Positions 55,469-64,000 of a stretch of 64,000 bases of DNA are shown in pieces. Both the position numbers and the translations under genes were made by a program. How positions within the stretch are numbered: position 1 is the stretch's first letter; each line of letters starts with the position of its first letter. The stretch lies in the NCBI GenBank assembly GCA_016748015.1, contig JAAOMT010000040.1, forward strand, positions 372,001-436,000, read 5' to 3'. The notes under the pieces were generated by a model. That model saw only the letters and a list, made by a program, of their open reading frames with translations, had not been told where the DNA came from and made no database searches. Source of the DNA: Geosiphon pyriformis uo1. Taxonomy: Eukaryota; Fungi; Glomeromycota.

Positions 55469-56586
55469 CTTAATCATTTTTATTCCTTTAAAAAAAAATT
55501 GAAAGCTGATATATTTTGCCGTTTAGTCATCGATATTGGCCGGTTTTACTATTGGAAAGTTGAAAACTTGGATCTTTAAGGGTTTTTGTGGATAAAAAAA
55601 TACTATATTAATATTTTTTTATTTGTATTTAAACGCATCACAAATTTACAAATGATTATCTTAACATGCTTTAACAAAACTTGGCCAACGATAAGATACA
55701 TCTCAATATCAAAAATTTTTCATGGAAGCAATGCAAAGGGGTCAAAAATATTTTACTATTAATTTTTCGAGAAAATCAAGTCACAGAAAATTAATAATCT
55801 AACCAAATTAGGTACATTTTTCTATTTTAAAATTCTTCTTTCATGAAAGAAAAATTTTCAGAACAAACTCACTAATGATTTTTTAATTTTAGGTTTATGT
55901 CCCCTGTAATTTTTTTTTTTGATTCAAATAAAAGCGATACTTTTTCCCAAGAAATGAAATCCTTAAAGAATTCTAACCCTAGAGATTCTTTAGAGTTAAA
56001 CTTGATGAATAGATAAATAGAAAATAATAATAATAAACTAAAAGGAATATTAATTTTCTTGTCATCACTTTTTTGTTTCTGTTTGAAATACAATTCAAAG
56101 ACTTTCACGATTGGAAAACTTATAACATTTTTACTTGGGAGTTCTTTGATTTCTGAATCTACTAATTACATTTTTCCCCACAACCCTTAGCCTAAATTCA
56201 ACTTTTTTTTTCCCAAAAAATAGTTACGCAAACTCTGATAAACTTACATGCGGTGCAAGTGATTAGTAAGAGTGATGAGTTTTCAAGATATATTAGAATA
56301 GAAAACTTTGGAAAAGAGAAAATTTTCAATAAGTCAAAGATGTTCTATGAATAGGTTTCTCAACTTAATTGGGATTAGAATTTTTTGTTTTGGTTATATG
56401 GGTTTCCAAAGTTATATCTTGATATTTTTACACAATGCACAATTACGTGATAATTAAAATATTATTGGAATAAATTTGATTTCTTTGGGAATATTGGTTT
56501 TGAACCAATACCAAAGACAATTTTTTTTTCAAATGGATCTCGAAGAGTCTAGACACTAGGGGCGTGATACTTAATTATTGGTTATT

Positions 56587-56601
56587 ACCCTAACCCTAAC
56601 C
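56587..56601. repeat. Short telomere-type repeat ACCCTAACCCTAACC
   Basis: 2.5 units of CCCTAA. Confidence 0.6.
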
Positions 56602-59600
56602 ATACTTATCCCCCACGTTTCAAAATTATTTTTTAATATAATAAAAAATCATTTTTTTTATTATAACCAAGTGCTCGGGGAGTTTCTTGGAAAAATTTCC
56701 CCAACATCCCCGAATTTCACCATGTACAAAGTATAAATTTAACTCACCAAAACAAACTACAAACTTGAAAAAAGTGGCTCCCCATTGTCTTATTCTTTAC
56801 TTCGTTCCAGATAATTCGGGTAACTCAAAGAATACGTGTTTCAATCTGGATGATCAACGTGAATGATCTATCTCACGCACGCACCCAATATTATTTCTCA
56901 AAATGGCTGATGTTTACGCGTGAGAAATAATGTCATAATATTTGGGAGAAACATTTAAACATGATTGTGTATTTGGGGTACAAATTCAGGATCCCAAAAA
57001 AACCTTTTTTGAGGGAGGGTTCTCACAGTACAGGGCTTGTAAAAATCTTTTTCCCAAACACTCCTCCCCCAGTTCAATGAATTATTCCGCCCGTAAAAAT
57101 ATTTACATATCTTGGGTCACCTCATGGTTATTTAAAAAAAATTCGAAAAATTAAATATTTTGTAAACATCTCGCCTTTTCTGGCATTTATCCCAAACAAA
57201 GTTTGGACAAGTAACATAATGGCACCATAAGTTGTGATGTCAGCTGTTGGCTAACACACAAAAAATAAAAAAATAAAAGAAAAAGGTATCTCTTAAATGA
57301 TATATGATATGTATCTACGAAAAAATATTATTGACTGGGTTAGGAGGTTAAAAAAGATTAAGACTTGAATGGAATCACTAATCATTCCCATTCGTTACAA
57401 AAAAGATTAGTTAATTATGTTTTGGTACGACAGTGATTTTTGGGTTAAACTGATAATCAATTTCCTCGTTCATTTTTTTTTTTTTTTTTTAATCTTGGTT
57501 GCAAGATCTGAAACTTTTATAGTGTGTTACGATTTACCCCTGACGAGATGTAAGGGATCACTAGAACGTAGAAAGTCTATGAGATTAATGCATCATAAGT
57601 TTATCTGCATGTAATTTTTTCAAATAAAGAAATATCACCCAGGTTTCTCAACGAAATTTGGCTAATTCTCAACATATTATATTTTAAATTTTTTATTCGT
57701 GTGACATCATTTATCAAGGAATTTATTATGCTATTAAAAATAAAATAAAAAATGAAAGAAGATTGTTTGATTTGATTAGCTTTTTAATTTAAATGAGAAT
57801 TTACAATTAAAAACTTTTTTAATAATTCATGTTTTTAACCATTTTTTTGACTTAATTTAATTGTACAAATAATTTTAAATGTTCAAAATTTTAGTTTTTT
57901 CACGTGAAATCACATGATCAAATCTCACTATTCAACTCGAATGGATTGTAACACATCAATAATAGACACTGTAGAACCAAGACTTCATCAAGCAATGCCC
58001 GGAAGAAAATCCCTCTATCAATCCCCCCCCCCCCCCCACATTATCTTGTAAGAAACGGCTCACCTATTATTATGCCTCTTTTTTTCCCCGAAATGAGTCA
58101 TATAGAAACGGTTCATGTGGATTTCAAAAAATTCTGTCATTGTCTGTCACAGACCTTTCAAGATCGAAATAATAGAGTGTGCTGAGAATCTAATTACTTT
58201 TTCCCTAAAAATCAATGCTTCATTGATTGCCTAATTGATAAATATTCGCGGGCACTTTGCCGTGCATAATACGAAGGAAACTTCCGAGATATACAACAGT
58301 TCGTATGAACTTGCACTCGCCCCATATTGCAGCTTTTTGGAGTTTCTTGTCTTTGTGTTCATTAGGGTCTTTCCTGCCCGAACCTCTGCTCAAAGCTTAA
58401 GTTTATTTTTGATGGACTGAGGCTTTTATAATCAAATCTCATCAAGCCTAACTACCACTTTTGAGGGTGGTTCGGATACACCTTAATTCATAATATATGG
58501 GTTAGAATTTCTAAAATTTACGACAAGCTGCTGTCGCACTTTTCGCCTGTTTTAACGCTCTCGTCGATGGCAGGCAGCTCTCCTTCTCTGGATGCGGCAG
58601 ATAAAAACTGTGTTGATGGGAAGAATGTCTTGTAATAATTCATGCTCGTCAGAAGTCGCATCGTCGAAAAGAACCATGGTTTTGCAGAATGGAGGAAAAA
58701 GGTATATTGGGAAGAGGTCGAAAGCAAATGGGCAAAGTCTATCATGGTGAGTGACCACAATTTCCGAGATCATTCCCGCAGCTCAAGTCCCGATTGCTTG
58801 AAATTGATGCCTGATCCGATATCGCTGAGGAGTTCGTAGGTTGGAAATCGAGAGAGGAGTTGCTTTGTCGCTCGAGATCCTTTTTTTTGTTTTACACTAA
58901 GGACACAGGCGTAGAAATAACCTTACTTAGTAGCAAAGGTGGCGGTGGCGGTGGTGGTGTCAGCATATTGAGTAGGTCGAGAAGAAGGGAGGGGAGGGGA
59001 GGGGAGGGGGGGGCATTTATTTATGTGATTTTGAACCTTATAAGCATTACTAAACAACTAATTAGTATTTTATTGGGTATGCATTGTTAAGAAAATCTTT
59101 TCATCGATATTAACTCGACTATCGCTCTCCAAATCACACATCTTCCAAAATCAAAGTGGATTTTCTAACTTTCAGAGATCCTTTCAAATATTTCTTTGTT
59201 TGTGATGACTACTGATGGACACAAGTCCCTTTCCTGTGAACATTCATAAACAGGATTAATTAATTCGTTTTTAGGAGGTGCAGTAAATATGATAAAAGTT
59301 ATTTAAGTTCCCACATACATCATCTACTAAATCTATAATGTTTTATCTCTGCTACTGTATAAAGTAGACAATGACACATTATACAAAGGCGTGAGGCCAG
59401 GCGCAAGGGCCCCCAACCACAACTTTCTTTCACGTTAATGAATTTTTATTTTAGGCTTTCAAAAATTTGAGCCTCATCAATTTTCAATCAATTTTTCCTA
59501 CCGTTTCTTTTAAAACATCAATCAATTTTCCAAATTAATATTAGTCGATACTGTAGTTGGTGGGTTTTTTGCTTTATAAATTAATTTTTAGTGAAAATGA

Positions 59601-59991
59601 AGATAAAGGCCAAACAGGGAAAAAAAAATAGGCAAAAACATTAAATCTTGGCTTTTTTCGTACCAACATCTTCTAAATCAGCCCGAGGCTCTTATACCAA
59701 ACATGAGGAATTACAATTTCAGTTGATCACATTTATATAGGCTTTTCAGTTCACAAATACAGCCCAATTGATAATTTCAAATAAACATTTTTAACATTTG
59801 TAATTAAATCAACCAGTAATAAATTATTTGTCCTGTAAACATATTTGGTTGTTAGGAAGTTAAATCGGAGCTTTTTGGCAAAAAAGATTTTTTAATCTTT
59901 TTTTTTTTGAATTTCAACTATTTTTTTCAATGGAAACCAAAAGACCATATATACAAAAAAAAAAAAAAAAAAAAATTTTTTTTTCATGCCA

Positions 59992-60040
59992 TGATTTGAC
60001 CTGATTTGATTTGATTTGATTTGATTTAATCTGATTTTGA
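59992..60040. repeat. (TGATT)n microsatellite
   Basis: Direct reading. Confidence 0.85.
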
Positions 60041-60358
60041 CATGATTTTGATCTGATAAAATTTTTTTTTTTAAAACGTTAAAAAAAGTAATCAGAGAAT
60101 CAAAGTGAATGATTTCATCTTGTGATCGATCACATACATTAGAAAAATAAATTATCAAATTCCAAATTTGTAGTTAATAATAATAATAAAAATGATTCAT
60201 GCTATTTCACCAAATCTTTATGTCTTTTGCCAAGTTTCATCAATTAGAAGACGGACATTTTGAAATGTTTAACAAAAAAAAAAGAAAAAAAAAAGGCGTT
60301 CAGTAACGCCGTCTCGATGATACGTTACAAATATCATTAAAAAATGATTTTTGGGCAA

Positions 60359-60470
60359 CCCTCTCCTCTCCTCTCCTCTCCTCTCCTCCCCTCCCCCCCA
60401 AAAAAATTCAAGATATAATATTTACGTAACAATGAATGAATGAATGAATGATTGTATGTATGTATGTAGT
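60359..60470. repeat. (CTCTC)n, (ATGA)n and (TGTA)n microsatellites
   Basis: Direct reading. Confidence 0.8.
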
Positions 60471-61692
60471 TTTACGTTCCTCTATTAAATTGTTAGCCAT
60501 TTTTTTGTGCACACTAACCTTTTTTCATTTATACATAGATGGATGTGACGGCGTTGTGTTTCCTTTGTCTAATCTTTCACCAATCGAAATCTCAAAGGAA
60601 AAAAAAAAATTTAAAATCATTATTGACAAATTTGGCTTCTAATTACCTATCAAAGAAATTGCACAAAATTGCACAAAATTTTTAATCATTTTTTATTTGA
60701 GATACGGGAATTCGATGAAGGGTATAATTGTATTAATTGTATAGGTTAATTGTTAATTTAATAGTCCCCAGGTGACGATACCGGCTATACGGAATAATGG
60801 GCATCGGAATTGATTGATTCGCTTTTGCCGAAAAAAAATTTACGCCATTCATAGGATACACATGTACAAAACCCTGCCAATCTTTTAAAATTGCATAATT
60901 TTGGTAATTTTAATTGTGCACACGTTACACCTTTCATACTACGAATCTTTTACATCATTTCAAAGTATTGACCCCCTCTCCTCCCCTACCCACCCACCCA
61001 CCCCATATTACACATTTTTATAATTGCAAATTTTGAGTATGGTTTTATTGTTTGATTGAATTTCTATTTTTGAGATTTTAGTTTTAGTCCCTCAAAATAC
61101 AATTTGTGTATTCTTGAATGTCGTCATCATGGTGAAAAAAATATACGTTCATGATGGTGGAAAAAAATTTGAAGATTGTGAGTGATTGTTAAAAAAAGTT
61201 ATTCATTTAGAATGCCAAAAGGAAAGCAAAAAGAGAAAAAATATATTACAAAGAGAAAGGCGAAACATTTTTCGACCAATCGATGGTGAATTTTTAGGCT
61301 GTGTAAAACCAGAGATGAGTGTGCACAGAAATATAAAAGAATATCTGATATTGTGTCGAACAATAAGTTTAAATGATCATGATGAAATGAAAATGTTATA
61401 GAAGATAAAATAAAATGCGAAATACTCTACGATTGAATGCGTGATTTTGGAAATTTTTGTATGTAAAGATTCGTATCTCGTCTAAAATTTTGTCTATGAA
61501 AATAATATCAGTAAAAATGTAACCAAATGTTCGTGAAGGGTCTTGTAGAATGAAAAGTGTAATTTATTTAACAACGGAATAATGGAAAGTGACGAAAGAT
61601 ATACAAATGTAAAATGATTATATATCATAAGGTATATATATATATATAAACAAGAATGTAACAATGTTAATAAAGACTGGGATTTTTAAGAT

Positions 61693-63714
61693 TTAACTTC
61701 CAGCAATAACAGCTCGTGGTTCCGTTGGTGGTGTTGAGGTGGGATTATTCCCACCGTTTCCAAAATAAACGGTAAATTGACGTATCATGTTTTGATCTAA
61801 CGAACTACTACGTCGGACGCGACCCACTCGCCGTTGATAGAGATTTTTGTGTGGTGATTGAGGAGTTGAGGTTGTTGTAGAAGGAACAAGGGAAGGGGAA
61901 GGGGGTGATACAGTCGTCGGTATAATGTGCGGAATAGTTTTGGGAATTTTTTGTGTACTAGTAAAGGTCAACGTTTCTGGAGGTTGCAATAACATGGCAG
62001 TCACCTGACCACTCAGTGTTGGATTAGGACCAGCAGATTTGCGTCTGGTTGGTTTTCGATATAAATCATCATCGTCTAGATCTTCCCTATCATCATCCTT
62101 TGGTAGAATCCCGTCTGTCGATGCCATTAGAGAATGATGACTATATGAACGTCCGGATAAACTCCGTTTTAGCTTTCGATGCCTTGGTGAACGTGGTGAT
62201 CGCATTGTATCTTGAAAATCGTCTGGAATGATTAACAGACCAGCAGCCAAAATAATTCCACGACTCCTGTTTTCCTTATCGGATAGAACCTTAACATCTG
62301 AAGAAATTTTCGGTTCTGCCTTAGGCTCCTTGGAGAGGGCATCCCAGTAGACACGATTATCTGCTAGAATGTCCAAGAAAATGGTTGCTGGTTGCAAGAA
62401 AGTGGCCAAAGCTTCAAAGAATGGTTTGACGAAAAAGTCGCCAAAACCCAGACTAATTTGACATTGGTGTGCTTGATTACGATCCATATTTGAGGAGACT
62501 GGTAAATTATTTTTCTTTTCAAGATCACCTTGATTGAAAAATTCAGTCACCACCATATCAGACCAATGTTTTGATATCTCCCATGGGCGAACAGCATTAC
62601 TGAGATCAGCGGCATGAATTAGACAGTTGAGCCAAAGTTGACGTTGTTCAGAATCCAAAGAGAAAATGACGGAAGTTCTAGTCGAAGATCGAGAACTATT
62701 GGATTCAAATAGACTGCTTTGAGAGGAACTTGATGATAAAGGTGAAGAAGATTTGAGTGATGAAGAGGCCGAAGAAATCGGGGAATTGGGACAACTTTGA
62801 TCCATTTCACAATCGGAATTTTCGTTGGAGGAACAAGCTGGTGACCATATAGATTCGATCATGTTATTCAAATTTTCCATTAACTCAAAATGGAAAATCA
62901 TATCAGTTGCTAAAATTGTTTTTGTTATGACGCTCCGTACAGAATCTTCTGCTTCTTTTGGTTCCATAGCAAAGTATTCAGTGTTGCAATTGTGTACGTT
63001 TCGTAAAAGTTTGTGTTTTGTAAGGATGTCCATAGTGAGGGTACAAGAGTGATTTTCGAGTACTGATTGATCATTATATCGGATAGCAAGCTCTGTTTTG
63101 GCATTAACCTGATATACATTATTTAAACCAGGCTGTGAAAGATGATAGATAATTGTAAAAGATATTTGAGTATACTTGCGGAATAAAAAGTTGATAAACT
63201 TGAAAAATGGGAAAAAAAATAATACATACGTGACCAATATCATGACATAATCCTGCTATTAATAATGAGACACATTCTAATGGTGTAAGGAATTTACCGG
63301 CACCCAACTCGGTGAGCATATTATACAACACAACGACCACGTCAACTGCATGATAAAAGGAATGGTAGGAAGTGTCTAAATAGCCTTGGTTGACTTCAAT
63401 TATGAAGTCGAGCATTTCCGAGGTTGTAATATTTAAAGTTCCTTGAATATCTTGTTTGACTAGCATGCCTAATAAGATGCCGTATAATTCTGGTATCGTC
63501 CAGTCCCAAACTTTAAAGTTCATTCCAGTATTTGGTAGTTTACCATCAATGAATTTAAGCATTGTCTAGAAAGTTTTAAGAATGATTTATAATCATTATT
63601 AAGAGTTCAGTAGACTTTTTTCTCGACCAAAACTTTCAAAACGGAAAAAAAACTTACTCTTTCACAAGTTATAAGATGGTCCGAAGAAAGTGAGTTGTGT
63701 CTTAATACCAACAT
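61693..63714 (-). CDS. Class I 3',5'-cyclic nucleotide phosphodiesterase (fungal Pde2-like), 610 aa; exons 63714-63658, 63565-63230, 63132-61693
   Basis: PDEase_I motifs YHSFYHAVDV, LCHDIGH|PGLNN, SVLENHS, ILATDM, LIHAADLSNAVRPW, EFFNQGDLEK. Two phase-0 GT-AG introns (63657-63566 GTAAGT..TAG; 63229-63133 GTATGT..CAG). In-frame TAA just upstream of the ATG. Confidence 0.95.
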
Positions 63715-64000
63715 GATTTATGTTTTGTGTGTTTCAGAAATACGTGAGCGTGAAAGTTGAAGTAGTTGTTGAAACCAAAAGAGTTTTTTTCTTTTGTGGT
63801 GGGGTTGGTTAATAGTTTGTGTGTATATGAAAAGTTGAGTATATATGTACACTAAAAAGGGGAACTTGTTTTGTTTCGTAAAAATGGGTAAAAAAGAAGT
63901 TGACCGGACGACAAAAAAAAAAAAATGAAGTCTTTTTGCGAAATATATATATATATATATGCGTTTAATTTTAATTGTGCTTAGGAATGGAATTGTCGTA

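Noticed and set aside
58740-58860. Faint resemblance to a kinase subdomain I (YELLSDIGSG), a group I intron Q element or U3 box A
   Set aside because: The companion motifs (VAIK/HRD/DFG; P, R, S; boxes B/C/D) are absent.
60285-60310. GGCGTT-CAGT-AACGCC hairpin next to an A tract, resembling a bacterial intrinsic terminator
   Set aside because: Eukaryotic context with abundant homopolymers and no adjacent bacterial-type gene.
63119-63243. ORF-track starts and ends for the PDE (516 aa and 147 aa ORFs)
   Set aside because: Both run into the intron at 63133-63229; they are exons of one gene.

Overview
Eukaryotic, very probably fungal, genomic DNA. The TE peptides resemble those I recall from Glomeromycotina such as Geosiphon pyriformis; this is an unverified inference. 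Positions 1 to ~55,200 are a CpG-depleted, C>T/G>A-eroded block of nested retroelements. It holds two degenerate full-length LINEs (ORF1 plus APE-RT-RNaseH ORF2, minus strand) and one ORF1-only LINE derivative that keeps the LINE 3' end. It also holds one structurally complete Ty3/Gypsy element (34,997-44,967) encoding a Cys-rich module, a dUTPase and an extra 3' ORF. Older Gypsy relics include one with a ~7 kb internal inversion, and three solo LTRs have 4-bp target-site duplications (TSDs). A 1-kb CpG-retaining island at ~51.7-52.7 kb carries a spliced BAH/RSC-like gene fragment. From ~55,200 the DNA is CpG-normal and appears unique, ending in a 3-exon class I cyclic-nucleotide phosphodiesterase gene (minus strand, 610 aa). 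All alignments were done by eye.
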